A stretch of 64,000 nucleotides of DNA from an uncultured Alphaproteobacteria bacterium (lineage in GTDB: Bacteria > Pseudomonadota > Alphaproteobacteria > RF32 > CAG-239), in the NCBI GenBank assembly GCA_944391515.1, contig CALXTW010000005.1, positions 5,127 to 69,126 on the forward strand, in the 5' to 3' direction. The position numbers and the translations under genes were made by a program. The notes beneath the pieces are model-generated. The model searched no databases. It was not told the origin of the DNA and was given only the letters and a program-made list of their open reading frames with translations. Each line of letters begins with the position of its first letter. Position 1 is the first letter of the stretch. Below are positions 1-9,226 of the stretch, piece after piece.

Positions 1-2
1 CG

Positions 3-674
3 GATATTTCAGTCGTGGCGGCTTATGGATTGATTTTGCCTAAAGAAGTGATTGAGGCTTTCCCAATGGGGTGTGTGAATATTCATGGTTCTTTGTTGCC
101 ACGTTGGAGAGGAGCTGCCCCGATTCAAAGAGCTATTGAAGCCGGAGACAAAGAGAGCGGCATTACCATTATGAAAATGGTCGAACAACTTGATGCCGGT
201 GATATGTTGCTCAAAGGTGTGGTGCCGATAACTCTTGATACAACAGGTGAAACACTGCATGATGCCATGGCCGAAATGGGTGCAAAACTTATTTTGGAGG
301 CATTGAATAATTGGCAAAATCTTAAAGCTGTTCCTCAAGACGAATCGCTTGTGACCTATGCTGCCAAAATAGATAAGGCGGAAAGTCATTTGGACTTTTC
401 GGAAAAGGCTGAAGTTTTGGAGCGCAAAATCAGAGCCTTTAATCCTTATCCGGCGGTTTATTTTGAATATGAGGGCGAGAGGTATAAAATCTTGCGTGCC
501 AAAGTGGTTGATGGAAACGGGGCTGCCGGAGAGATTTTGCAAGGCTCGGAGCGCTTGGTGATTGCTTGTGGCGATAAGGCTTTGGAAGTGGTGGAAATTC
601 AGCGTCAGGGCAAGAAAAAAATGCCGATTGAGGAATGTTTACGCGGTATGCAGTTTGTTGGCAAAGTTGCGTAA
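3..674 (+). CDS. fmt: Methionyl-tRNA formyltransferase, C-terminal ~220 aa (5' end upstream of window)
   Basis: Frame is open from base 3. Translation ...VAAYGLILPKEVIEAFPMGCVNIHGSLLPRWRGAAPIQRAI... carries the formyltransferase core motif plus the Fmt C-terminal domain. A hairpin terminator follows. Confidence 0.9.
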   Translation, partial: DISVVAAYGLILPKEVIEAFPMGCVNIHGSLLPRWRGAAPIQRAIEAGDKESGITIMKMVEQLDAGDMLLKGVVPITLDTTGETLHDAMAEMGAKLILEALNNWQNLKAVPQDESLVTYAAKIDKAESHLDFSEKAEVLERKIRAFNPYPAVYFEYEGERYKILRAKVVDGNGAAGEILQGSERLVIACGDKALEVVEIQRQGKKKMPIEECLRGMQFVGKVA

Positions 675-683
675 GAAGTAATG

Positions 684-724
684 AAAAACCCCGTAGATGA
701 AAGTTCATCTGCGGGGTTTTTTTT
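684..724. terminator. Bidirectional intrinsic terminator between fmt and the convergent 249-aa ORF
   Basis: Arms ccccgtagatga and tcatctgcgggg (one G-U pair) with loop aagt. An A-run lies upstream and a T-run downstream. Confidence 0.8.
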
Positions 725-1472
725 AAGCGAAGACCTGCAAAAGGTTGTATACATTGAGGATGCTTTTTTCCTCAGTGTACAACCCGCGGGTCAAGGACTT
801 TTCAAAGAGCTCTGTGACAAGCCGCATCATATCGGCTTCATGCGCTTCATACTCCTTGCGGGGAGGAAGTAGGCCTTCCTTACGGCAAAGAGTATAGAAC
901 ATATTCTTTAAAAGATGGGTTGCTCGACCATTGAGCCCAAGCTGGCGAATCAGCTTGCGGTGCTTGGTCAGCAATATCCAGCTTGAGGAACTGAAATGCC
1001 CACCCATAAAGATGAACTCAAGAGCCATACCATTGAAGAAATTGTGCTGTTCAGCTGCCTGGTCTAAGAATTTGTAACCTAAAGCGTGCTGAAAAGCCGC
1101 TTCTTCGGCGGTCTTATTCTGCACAAACAGGTTGCAGAGATATTTCATCTGCTTTTCCCATACGTCAGTAGTGTAGGGAACTTGCAGTGCTTTTTCCAAG
1201 AGTTCCATATCCATAGGGTCCTTTTGCGCTTCCTTAATGGCAAGGAGGATGTTTTCGTCATGCTCCTTGTGTGCTTGTTCATCTAATTCCGCCTGCTTTT
1301 TTGCATTTTGAGCCTCATTGAGGCGGTGTTTGAATTCCTCCTCAATATTTTCAAATTTTTCTCCGGCATTGAGGCGCATAATAAATTCTTTGCGCAGTAG
1401 GGGAAAAATCAGAGTTTTTGAAAATGCTTTTTCGGATGCCGTTAAGCGGCGAGATTTAAATTTTGTTTCCAT
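723..1472 (-). CDS. Hypothetical protein, 249 aa, helical/charged, no recognisable family
   Basis: Long ORF in AT-rich DNA with its own sigma-70-like promoter at 1523-1551 and a terminator at 684-724. Confidence 0.65.
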   Translation of the reverse strand: METKFKSRRLTASEKAFSKTLIFPLLRKEFIMRLNAGEKFENIEEEFKHRLNEAQNAKKQAELDEQAHKEHDENILLAIKEAQKDPMDMELLEKALQVPYTTDVWEKQMKYLCNLFVQNKTAEEAAFQHALGYKFLDQAAEQHNFFNGMALEFIFMGGHFSSSSWILLTKHRKLIRQLGLNGRATHLLKNMFYTLCRKEGLLPPRKEYEAHEADMMRLVTELFEKSLTRGLYTEEKSILNVYNLLQVFA

Positions 1473-1522
1473 TGCTAATAATATTTAAAGTTTTACATAA
1501 TTCTTATTTTACTCAATTTTGC

Positions 1523-1551
1523 ATTATAGACAAAAATGCGTGTTTTGGCAA
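1523..1551 (-). promoter_or_regulatory. Sigma-70-type promoter for the 249-aa ORF
   Basis: On the minus strand: TTGCCA, 17-nt spacer, TATAAT, about 45 nt upstream of the start codon at 1472. Confidence 0.6.
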
Positions 1552-1627
1552 GAAGTATTTGCGAAAAAAATGCAAAAAAAGACCCGAAACTTATCACAAG
1601 TTTCAGGTCTTTGAATTAAGAGGTCAA

Positions 1628-2227
1628 TTAGCTCACTTGAGCCGAGAACTCTTTGACAAAGTCATAGTGAGTTCCGAGTTCGTCGTCGAGCTCTTGCCAC
1701 TTCTTCTGGGTGGTAGCATCTTGAGCCCAGAATTTGATGTCTTCTTTTAAGACCAACTTGGCGTATGGCGGAATTTGGTCTATATGGGTGCGCAAGAGTT
1801 TCCATGCATATTTGGAAACGTATTGCTTGCCCAAGAGTCTTTTCCACCATCCCATATCTACGAAGCCTGCTCCAATGTGCTTGTCGGCATATTCAAAGCA
1901 GTAACGTTTGATATCTTTTTGCTGATACTTCAAACCTTCTATCAATACATCACCGATTTGGTTGCGGTAGATGTTCAGAGGGCAATATGTAAATATCATC
2001 AAAAAGGCAATCTGGCGCTCCTCGTTGAGTGCCGTCATTTCATCATTTCCGGCGGCCAGTGCGCCTTTTCTTGCACTCCGGAGTTCAGCGGCAAAATTGC
2101 GGATGAACTCTTTCTTTTGTTGATGGGAGCTGAAATGATTTTCCCACAATTTCTGCGCAATTTGCTTGCGTCTCTCATAGTCCTCTGCCGACATCTGCGA
2201 GAGGATTTCGTTAATTTGTTGTGCCAT
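1628..2227 (-). CDS. Hypothetical protein, 199 aa
   Basis: Long ORF 27 nt downstream of the 113-aa ORF on the same strand, so probably a bicistron. No motif recognised. Confidence 0.65.
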   Translation of the reverse strand: MAQQINEILSQMSAEDYERRKQIAQKLWENHFSSHQQKKEFIRNFAAELRSARKGALAAGNDEMTALNEERQIAFLMIFTYCPLNIYRNQIGDVLIEGLKYQQKDIKRYCFEYADKHIGAGFVDMGWWKRLLGKQYVSKYAWKLLRTHIDQIPPYAKLVLKEDIKFWAQDATTQKKWQELDDELGTHYDFVKEFSAQVS

Positions 2228-2254
2228 TTTTTTAGGTATTTTAAGGTATTATAA

Positions 2255-2596
2255 TTAAAGTTTTTTCTCAAACGCCTTGGCTTTGCCACAGATTCTTGTG
2301 CTGAAGAATTGTGGGTTTGCCGTTACCACATGGCAGAGCAGTCGGTAATTCTTTTGACATTCCGGCGTAACATAACTTGTTTTGCCTAGAAGCAAAGATA
2401 TTTTCTGCTCGTCATAATCAGATACCGCTTTCGCAGCGACATCTTTGAGGATTGAAGTTATGAGTTCTTTACGGTATTCACTACTACATTCAATCATCTT
2501 TTTGATACTAACCAATTTCTTTTGGTCTCTCTGGCTTAATTCTTTTTTTTCTTTCATTTTTTTAAAGATTTTATGGCTCGGATGAACATATTCCAC
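2255..2596 (-). CDS. Hypothetical protein, 113 aa, Lys-rich N-terminus
   Basis: ORF directly downstream of the promoter at 2645-2673. No motif recognised. Confidence 0.55.
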   Translation of the reverse strand: MEYVHPSHKIFKKMKEKKELSQRDQKKLVSIKKMIECSSEYRKELITSILKDVAAKAVSDYDEQKISLLLGKTSYVTPECQKNYRLLCHVVTANPQFFSTRICGKAKAFEKKL

Positions 2597-2644
2597 CTTT
2601 GCCTCGTTAATAATTATAGTTATAAAAATCGCATTTTGGATTTT

Positions 2645-2673
2645 ATAATAGACAAAAGAGACTTATTTGGCAA
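2645..2673 (-). promoter_or_regulatory. Sigma-70-type promoter for the 113-aa/199-aa gene pair
   Basis: On the minus strand: TTGCCA, 17-nt spacer, TATTAT. The spacer end (TTTTGTCTAT) is nearly identical to that of the promoter at 1523-1551. Confidence 0.55.
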
Positions 2674-2760
2674 GGGGTAATTTGGAATTTTTTAGATTAT
2701 TTTAAAGAATATACCTTATAATTACCCATATTTAAATGTTTTACTTGAGAGGTTGAACGG

Positions 2761-3921
2761 ATGAATAAAAATTTAAAGATTGCTTTAGCGGTGATTGTTG
2801 GCGGTGCGGCTTTGAGTTTGATGCTTAAAGATGACGTTAAAGTCGGTTCGTATATTACGCATAAATTGGCTAAAGGTGATATTGTTGAAAAAATTACCGC
2901 GTCAGGCACGATTAATCCGATTTCAACCATTAATATCGGTACGCAAGTATCGGGAACAATTTCTGAAATCTATGTCGATTATAACTCAAAAGTGACTAAA
3001 AATCAGCTTTTGGCGCAGATTGATCCAGCTTTGTTTGAAGCAACCGTCGGGCAAAAGAGAGCAGCTCTCAGTGTGGCTAAAGCCGAAGTTCAAGTGGCCG
3101 AAAATGAAGTCGATTATGCTAAGAAAAATTTAGAGCGTATTAAAAAACTTAATGCTTCCAGATATTCGGCGGATAAAGATTTGGATTTGGCTGAAAAAGA
3201 GTATAACAATGCCGTGGCTCAATTAGCTTTGAAAAAAGCTCAGGTGGAGCAAAACCAAGCCGCTCTTGATTCGGCTGAAACGGAACTACGCTATACCAAA
3301 ATTATTTCTCCCGTGGATGGAATAGTCGTATCAAAAGAAGTGGAAGTTGGGCAAACCGTAGCTGCTAGTTTCCAGACGCCGACTTTGTTTAACGTGGCAG
3401 AAGATTTAACAAAAATGCAGATTGAAGCATCTGTGGTGGAGGCTGATATTGCCAAAGTACATAATGGGCAAGTAGTGGAATTTAGTGTTGATAGTTTTCC
3501 TGATGAAGTATTTATCGGAAAAGTTACACAAGTTCGTAACGAGGCCATTAATACCTCAAATGTGGTAACTTATGAAGTCATTATAGAAGTGGATAACAAA
3601 GATCTCAAACTCAAGCCCGGTATGACAGCTAATGTGGAAATTATTACCGCTAATAAAAAAGATGTTTTCTTGGTTCCGAACAAGGCTTTGCGTTTCTACG
3701 TTACCGATGAAAATGGTGATACAAAACGATATAAAGATAAAGGTATTTGGGTGTTGGAAGGAAATACTCCGGAAAGAATCGTCATTAAAACCGGTGTGGC
3801 TGATGATGATTTTACCGAAATCAGTGCTGATGGTTTGACAGAGGGAATGAAAGTTATTTTGGAAGAAAATTCTGCCGAAGCTGAAGCTAAACGCCAAATG
3901 AGAATGAGGATGCCACATTAA
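2761..3921 (+). CDS. HlyD/MacA-type periplasmic adaptor (membrane fusion protein) of an ABC efflux system
   Basis: 386 aa with an N-terminal TM/signal segment, a lipoyl-like domain, a long coiled-coil hairpin and a beta-barrel region typical of HlyD_D23 adaptors. Its stop overlaps the ATPase gene start (ATG at 3921). Confidence 0.85.
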   Translation: MNKNLKIALAVIVGGAALSLMLKDDVKVGSYITHKLAKGDIVEKITASGTINPISTINIGTQVSGTISEIYVDYNSKVTKNQLLAQIDPALFEATVGQKRAALSVAKAEVQVAENEVDYAKKNLERIKKLNASRYSADKDLDLAEKEYNNAVAQLALKKAQVEQNQAALDSAETELRYTKIISPVDGIVVSKEVEVGQTVAASFQTPTLFNVAEDLTKMQIEASVVEADIAKVHNGQVVEFSVDSFPDEVFIGKVTQVRNEAINTSNVVTYEVIIEVDNKDLKLKPGMTANVEIITANKKDVFLVPNKALRFYVTDENGDTKRYKDKGIWVLEGNTPERIVIKTGVADDDFTEISADGLTEGMKVILEENSAEAEAKRQMRMRMPH

Positions 3922-4631
3922 TGTCATTGATTGAGCTTAAAAATATTACAAAATCTTATCCTTTGGATGGATTAAATCTTAAAATTCTGAAAGGTATTTC
4001 TTTGCAAATTAATACCGGAGAATTTGTGGCAATTATGGGACCATCAGGGTCTGGAAAATCAACTTTGATGAATATTTTGGGCTGTTTGGATAAGCCTAGC
4101 AGCGGGCATTATATTTTAGATGGAAAAAATGTTGAAAAGCTCTCTTCCGATGAATTGGCAGAAATCAGAAATCAAAAAATCGGTTTCGTATTTCAGGGGT
4201 TTAATTTACTCTCTCGTACAAGTGCTTTAGAGAATGTTGCGTTGCCGATGGTGTATGCAAATGTGCCGGCAGAGGAAAGACAAGCACGCGCCATAAAAGC
4301 CTTAAAGCAGGTCGGTTTGGAAAAAAGAATGTATCACCAACCAAATCAGCTTTCTGGCGGACAACAACAACGTGTGGCAATTGCCAGAGCCGTGGTAAAT
4401 GAAGCTCCGATTATTTTTGCCGATGAGCCGACGGGTAATTTGGATACCAAAATGAGTGTTGAAATTATGGAGTTGTTTACCAAGCTCAATAAAGATTTGG
4501 GAAGAACCATTATCTTAGTGACACATGAAGAAGATATTGCGCTCTATGCGGATAGAATTATTAAAATTGTTGACGGTGAAATCCATTCCGATGAAAAAGT
4601 AAAAAATAAGAAAGTTGTGGCACATGATTGA
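3921..4631 (+). CDS. ABC transporter ATP-binding protein (MacB/LolD-like)
   Basis: Walker [10 protein letters not shown], signature [14 protein letters not shown], Walker B IIFADEPT and H-loop VTHE. Confidence 0.93.
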   Translation: MSLIELKNITKSYPLDGLNLKILKGISLQINTGEFVAIMGPSGSGKSTLMNILGCLDKPSSGHYILDGKNVEKLSSDELAEIRNQKIGFVFQGFNLLSRTSALENVALPMVYANVPAEERQARAIKALKQVGLEKRMYHQPNQLSGGQQQRVAIARAVVNEAPIIFADEPTGNLDTKMSVEIMELFTKLNKDLGRTIILVTHEEDIALYADRIIKIVDGEIHSDEKVKNKKVVAHD

Positions 4632-5853
4632 TTTAACAACAGTTTCTAGTATTGCGTTTCGCGCTATTAAGGCTAATAAAATGCGCTCAATCCTGACCAG
4701 CTTGGGTATTATTATTGGTGTGGGTGCTGTTATTGTCATGCTTTCTATCGGGAATGGGGCTCAAATTTCAATTCAGCAAGAAATGAAAACCATGGGCTCT
4801 AATTTGTTGATTGTTCGTTCAGGTGTGGCTACTTCCAGCGGGGCTAGGGGTGGCAGAGGGTCTCAACCTACCATGAAAAAAAGTGATGGTGATGCCATTC
4901 AGGCAAAAATTTCAAAAATAAGATTAGCGGCTCCGGTGTTGGAAGAAACAGCACAAATGGTGTATGGTAATGCAAACTGGTCAACACAAGTGACCGGTAC
5001 GGACAGACGCTATTTCCAGATTAAAGATTGGAACTTGAATTATGGGCGAAATTTTACCAATAGCGATGTGAAAAACGCAAGCAAAGTTACCATTTTGGGG
5101 CAAACAGTGGTTTATGAATTGTTTGGTGATGTTGACCCTTTGGGAAAAACAATTCGTATAAAGGGAATTCCGTTTGAAGTTATCGGTGTTTTGGAAAAAC
5201 GAGGCGAAAACGGTATGGGCTTTGACCAAGATGATGTGGTGTTTATTCCAATTACAACGGCTCAGAAAAAAGTTATGGGTATCCAATTACCCGACCAGGT
5301 TAAAATGGTGATGTTGCAGGCAATAGATGCCGAAAGTACTTATTCCGTGCAAGATGAAATTAGGCAGCTCTTGCGCCAAAGACATAATTTGGGGAGCAAT
5401 AAAGAAGATGATTTTGTGATTATGAACTTAACACAAATGATGGAAATGATGGAAAACTCAACCCGAATTATGACGATTTTGCTGGGGTCAATCGCTTCCA
5501 TTTCTCTCTTGGTGGGTGGTATCGGTATTATGAATATTATGTTAGTTTCCGTAACCGAAAGAACGCGTGAAATCGGAATTAGAATGGCAATAGGGGCTAA
5601 GTCTTGGGATATTCGTTGGCAATTCTTAATGGAATCTTTGGTCTTGTCTTTAATCGGCGGATTGGTTGGTGTGATGCTTGGTGTTGGAGGGGCTATTGCT
5701 GTCGGGTACTTTAGTTCTTTTCCGGCAAAGGTGTCTTTGATGTATATTTTATTGCCGTTTTCTTTTTCGGGTGTGGTTGGCTTGTTCTTTGGATTCTATC
5801 CGGCCTATAAAGCTTCGCTCTTGAACCCGATAAATGCTTTGCGCTATGAATAA
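4624..5853 (+). CDS. ABC transporter permease, MacB-periplasmic-domain/FtsX family
   Basis: N-terminal TM helix, a large periplasmic domain and a C-terminal FtsX-type 3-TM bundle (...MNIMLVSVTERTREIGIRMAIGA...). The ATG at 4624 overlaps the ATPase stop; the ORF track opens at 4615 (TTG). Confidence 0.88.
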   Translation: MIDLTTVSSIAFRAIKANKMRSILTSLGIIIGVGAVIVMLSIGNGAQISIQQEMKTMGSNLLIVRSGVATSSGARGGRGSQPTMKKSDGDAIQAKISKIRLAAPVLEETAQMVYGNANWSTQVTGTDRRYFQIKDWNLNYGRNFTNSDVKNASKVTILGQTVVYELFGDVDPLGKTIRIKGIPFEVIGVLEKRGENGMGFDQDDVVFIPITTAQKKVMGIQLPDQVKMVMLQAIDAESTYSVQDEIRQLLRQRHNLGSNKEDDFVIMNLTQMMEMMENSTRIMTILLGSIASISLLVGGIGIMNIMLVSVTERTREIGIRMAIGAKSWDIRWQFLMESLVLSLIGGLVGVMLGVGGAIAVGYFSSFPAKVSLMYILLPFSFSGVVGLFFGFYPAYKASLLNPINALRYE

Positions 5854-5870
5854 ATCGGACAAAATTGATG

Positions 5871-5899
5871 TTGCGTAGTTTGTCTAAATATGGTATAAT
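5871..5899 (+). promoter_or_regulatory. Strong-looking sigma-70 promoter with extended -10; no ORF for about 290 nt downstream
   Basis: TTGCGT, 17-nt spacer, TGgTATAAT on the plus strand, just after the permease stop. Confidence 0.5.
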
Positions 5900-6183
5900 C
5901 ATTTCTATGATTTGATTATTTAGATACTATTAGTTGTTGCGTTGTTTCATTCACTGCTTCGGCGGTATTGGGATGACTTCAGAGCAGTTTTCGGCGGCCG
6001 TCGATAAATCATCTGAAGCGCTTTTCCGACAACGAGTAATTATGTAACAATAACAAGTTGAAAAATAAATATCATTAAGACAGGGATGTTGCTTTATTTC
6101 CCCACGGTTGAAGTATAGTAAACTGTGATTTAAATCTAAAATGATTACTTTATTGGACGATTTGTGAAAATGCAAAACCAAAG

Positions 6184-6816
6184 TTGTTGGAAAATTTAAA
6201 TTTTTTCATTATGAAAAATTTAAATAATAGCAACAACAACAACGCAACAGTATCAAACCTGATTTTCTGCGGTCTTATCGCAGGTTATCAAGGTGAAAAA
6301 AATGTCACAACTCCGCAAAATGCAGCGGAGGCAGTCGCAAAAGCTCTCGGACGTGATGTTTTTCCCGGCGTGTGTGTTTATCACACGGATTGGGGATGTC
6401 CAAAGGGGGGAGAACCCGTCGGTGCTTATCGTGCTGAGGGAACTTATGCCAACATACTTGAAGAAGCTGAGAAGCTTCGTAAAAGTTTGCACCAATCCAC
6501 GTTAAGTGTGGCGTTGCAAGGGTTTGGTTCTGAGACTGTCGGTTTCGAAGCCAAAACTCATCTTCCTCTTTTGGAAGTAGGAGTAAAATGGCAAGAAGCT
6601 GCTGCTCGTTATATGTCATCTACCGGAACATATGTTTCCTGTGGCATGGCTGAGCAGGGGTGTGGTGATATAATCATATCTGCGGAGGCAAATCCGGCCT
6701 TCGTCCAAGATTTAGAGGCTTGGAAAAAGATAGTAAAATCTATCTGTGCCGAGATTGGTACAGAAGAGCCTGTCTTTAAGACAGTTGGATTTAATTATCT
6801 TAAAGATGCCGAATAA
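6184..6816 (+). CDS. Hypothetical protein (about 200 aa; ATG at 6211 is the likelier start), Asn-rich N-terminus
   Basis: Long ORF that is visibly GC-richer than its flanks and is followed by the terminator at 6835-6868. No family recognised. Confidence 0.6.
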   Translation: MLENLNFFIMKNLNNSNNNNATVSNLIFCGLIAGYQGEKNVTTPQNAAEAVAKALGRDVFPGVCVYHTDWGCPKGGEPVGAYRAEGTYANILEEAEKLRKSLHQSTLSVALQGFGSETVGFEAKTHLPLLEVGVKWQEAAARYMSSTGTYVSCGMAEQGCGDIIISAEANPAFVQDLEAWKKIVKSICAEIGTEEPVFKTVGFNYLKDAE

Positions 6817-6834
6817 TCTTGGTATCAGGTATGG

Positions 6835-6868
6835 TAGAGGGGTGCTTGGCATCCCTCTATTTTTTTTG
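6835..6868 (+). terminator. Intrinsic terminator of the 6184-6816 ORF
   Basis: Stem agagggg/tccctct with loop tgcttggca, followed by T8. Confidence 0.75.
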
Positions 6869-6923
6869 CAATTTAGCCTAATTATTTGAATGTAAATTAA
6901 AAATAGATATGTGCGCTTAGCTC

Positions 6924-6955
6924 ACAAAAAAACCCGCAGAGAGCGGGGTTTTTTG
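6924..6955 (-). terminator. Intrinsic terminator of ctrA (usable in both directions)
   Basis: Stem acccgc/gcgggg flanked by A7 and T6, about 15 nt past the ctrA stop. Confidence 0.8.
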
Positions 6956-6968
6956 GTATATTATGCGG

Positions 6969-7661
6969 TTATTGCTTTTTGGGTTCATCAGGGTCGCGTA
7001 AGACGTAGCCTCTTCCCCAAACGGTTTCAATATAATTCTTACCGCCTGATGCTTTTTCCAATTTTTTACGAAGTTTGCAGATGAACACGTCGATAATTTT
7101 TAATTCCGGTTCATCTATGCCGCCATAAAGGTGGTTTAAGAATTGGTCTTTGTTAAGAGTTGAACCTTTGCGCAAAGAAAGCAATTCCATAATGCCGTAT
7201 TCTTTGCCTGTAAGGTGCAAAGTTTTGGTGCCGACAGTAACGGTTTGGGTATCCAAATTAACTTCAACTTCGCCGGTGCGAATAATGGAATTTGAGTGGC
7301 CTTTGGAGCGACGAACAACAGCTTGAATACGAGCCAATAATTCAGCTTTGTCAAAAGGTTTGGTCAGATAGTCATCGGCGCCGTAGCCCAAGCCTTTAAC
7401 CTTTTTATCGGGTTCGGTGAGACCAGATAAAATCAATACGGGAGTGTTGACTTTTGAAGCGCGCAAGTTCTTCAAGACTTCATAGCCGTTCATATCCGGC
7501 AACATCAAATCCAAAATGATGATGTCATAATCATATAATTTGCCGATTTCCAAACCATCTTCGCCCAAATCCGTTGTATCAACAATCATGCCTTCTTTTT
7601 TGAGCATGGTCTCAATACTTTGGGAGATGGCGTAATCATCTTCAACCAATAAAACCCGCAT
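6969..7661 (-). CDS. ctrA: Cell-cycle response regulator CtrA (OmpR family)
   Basis: 230 aa. MRVLLVEDD...[13 protein letters not shown]...VVRRSKGH...[18 protein letters not shown]...[19 protein letters not shown]...[13 protein letters not shown] matches CtrA nearly block-for-block as I recall the Caulobacter protein. Confidence 0.93.
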   Translation of the reverse strand: MRVLLVEDDYAISQSIETMLKKEGMIVDTTDLGEDGLEIGKLYDYDIIILDLMLPDMNGYEVLKNLRASKVNTPVLILSGLTEPDKKVKGLGYGADDYLTKPFDKAELLARIQAVVRRSKGHSNSIIRTGEVEVNLDTQTVTVGTKTLHLTGKEYGIMELLSLRKGSTLNKDQFLNHLYGGIDEPELKIIDVFICKLRKKLEKASGGKNYIETVWGRGYVLRDPDEPKKQ

Positions 7662-7692
7662 TTTTTAGACCTCCAAATAAGTTATTTTTTAT

Positions 7693-7706
7693 TGATGAGC
7701 TCATCA
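7693..7706. promoter_or_regulatory. Perfect 14-bp palindrome in the ctrA leader
   Basis: tgatgagctcatca, about 30 nt upstream of the ctrA start codon. Confidence 0.3.
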
Positions 7707-7746
7707 TAAACTCTTATTTTTTATTTGTTAACTTTTTAATCGAGCT

Positions 7747-7764
7747 TGTTAATAATTATTAACA
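7747..7764. promoter_or_regulatory. Perfect 18-bp palindrome with TTAA half-sites in the ctrA-fliI divergent region
   Basis: tgttaataattattaaca, which reads as TTAA-N6-TTAAC, one nt short of the canonical CtrA box spacing (N7). Confidence 0.3.
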
Positions 7765-7856
7765 AAATATTGTAAGGCTTGAAAACTGTGAAAAACCTTT
7801 AATTATCTGCCAAAATCTGTATTTTATGTGTTAGCATAAGAGGAAATGATTTGTTG

Positions 7857-9212
7857 ATGAGGATGAAGTTGTCGGAACTGCTCAAAAATATTGAAGGCGA
7901 AATTGAAAAAATTAGTTTTGGAGAATACTTCGGAACCGTTACCGCCGTGCAAGGTTTGTTTATTGAAGTGAGCGGCGTGCGTTCGCCTTTGACAATCGGC
8001 GACAGATGTAATGTGCATACGACGCATAATAGTGTTGTGCCTTGTGAGTTGGTCAGCTTTAGGGGGGATAAACTTCTGCTTATGCCTTATGGGTCTTTGC
8101 AAGGAATTGGCCCCGGGTGCAGAGTGGATGTGGAAAATGCCGCACCGGTGATTTATCCTCATGCTTCGTGGCTTGGGCGAATCGTTAATGCTTTCGGCGA
8201 GCCAATCGATGGCAAAGGTCCATTAATTAAAGGAGCAAAACCTTATTATATTAAATCTTCTCCGCCGCCGGCTGCTTTTCGCGATAGGGTTAAAGGCAAA
8301 GTTGATCTCGGCGTTCGTGCCGTAAATACTTTTTTGACCATTTGCAAAGGGCAACGTATGGGTATTTTTGCCGGTTCGGGTGTCGGTAAATCAACCTTGA
8401 TGTCTATGATGGCAAAGCACACAAACTCAGATATCTCTATTATCGGGCTTATCGGTGAACGTGGGCGTGAGGCTAAAGAATTTGTGGAAGATGTTTTGGG
8501 CAAAGAAGGACTTGAAAAATCTGTCCTTGTCTTGGCAACTTCAGATGAAAGCCCGTTGATGCGTCGGCAAGCCGCTTATGTCACCATGGCCATTGCCGAA
8601 TTTTTCAGAGATGAAAATAAAGATGTTTTGTGCATGATGGATTCCATTACGCGTTTTGCTATGGCTCAACGAGAAATTTCGCTTTCGGTAGGTGAACCTC
8701 CGGCATCAAAAGGATATACGCCAAGTGTGTTTGCCGAATTGCCGCGTTTGTTGGAACGAGCCGGTCCCGGAGCCGGTACGGGGACTATTACCGGATTATT
8801 TACCGTTTTGGTGGATGGTGATGACCATAATGAACCGGTGGCCGATGCCGTGCGCTCAATTTTGGACGGACATATTGTTTTAGACCGCGCAATCGCCGAG
8901 AGAAACCGTTATCCGGCCATCAATATCTTGCGCTCAATCTCTCGTACGATGCCTGATTGTGATACGCCGGAAGAATATGCTCTTGTTGCAAAGGCCAGAA
9001 AATATATTGCCTCTTATGAAGATATGGCGGAGCTTATTCGTTTGGGTGCTTATAAGGCCGGTTCAAATAAAGAAGTTGATGAAGCTATCTTCTATTATCC
9101 TAAACTCGAGGCTTTCCTTTCACAAAAGAAAGGTGAAAAAATTTCTTTGGAAGAAGGATATGCTCAACTCAAGGCAATTCTTGATACACCTTATGTGGCA
9201 GCACAAAAATAA
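7857..9212 (+). CDS. fliI: Flagellum-specific ATP synthase FliI
   Basis: Walker A GSGVGKST, Walker B VLCMMDSITR and an F1/T3SS-ATPase fold throughout. The ORF opens at 7851 (TTG); the first ATG is at 7857. Confidence 0.93.
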   Translation: MRMKLSELLKNIEGEIEKISFGEYFGTVTAVQGLFIEVSGVRSPLTIGDRCNVHTTHNSVVPCELVSFRGDKLLLMPYGSLQGIGPGCRVDVENAAPVIYPHASWLGRIVNAFGEPIDGKGPLIKGAKPYYIKSSPPPAAFRDRVKGKVDLGVRAVNTFLTICKGQRMGIFAGSGVGKSTLMSMMAKHTNSDISIIGLIGERGREAKEFVEDVLGKEGLEKSVLVLATSDESPLMRRQAAYVTMAIAEFFRDENKDVLCMMDSITRFAMAQREISLSVGEPPASKGYTPSVFAELPRLLERAGPGAGTGTITGLFTVLVDGDDHNEPVADAVRSILDGHIVLDRAIAERNRYPAINILRSISRTMPDCDTPEEYALVAKARKYIASYEDMAELIRLGAYKAGSNKEVDEAIFYYPKLEAFLSQKKGEKISLEEGYAQLKAILDTPYVAAQK

Positions 9213-9226
9213 CGGGGTGATGATTT

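Noticed and set aside
9-542. Numerous antisense or overlapping ORFs of 60-180 aa within clearly assigned genes (e.g. 9-542, 3556-3927, 25848-26111, 30960-31382, 38037-38453, 56496-56838)
   Set aside because: They are shadow ORFs opposite strongly supported conserved genes, with no independent signals.
5951-6181. 76-aa minus-strand ORF in the gap between the permease gene and the orphan gene
   Set aside because: No RBS, an odd composition, and it lies antisense to the leader driven by the strong plus-strand promoter. Judged spurious.
6911-6925. gtgcgcttagctcac resembling the 5' end of a tRNA (compare gcgcccttagctcag of tRNA-Arg)
   Set aside because: The similarity is only about 11 nt and no cloverleaf continues from it; probably chance.
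7727-7764. Calling the TTAA-containing sequences canonical CtrA boxes
   Set aside because: The spacings are N4 and N6, not the canonical N7. They are kept only as candidate operators.
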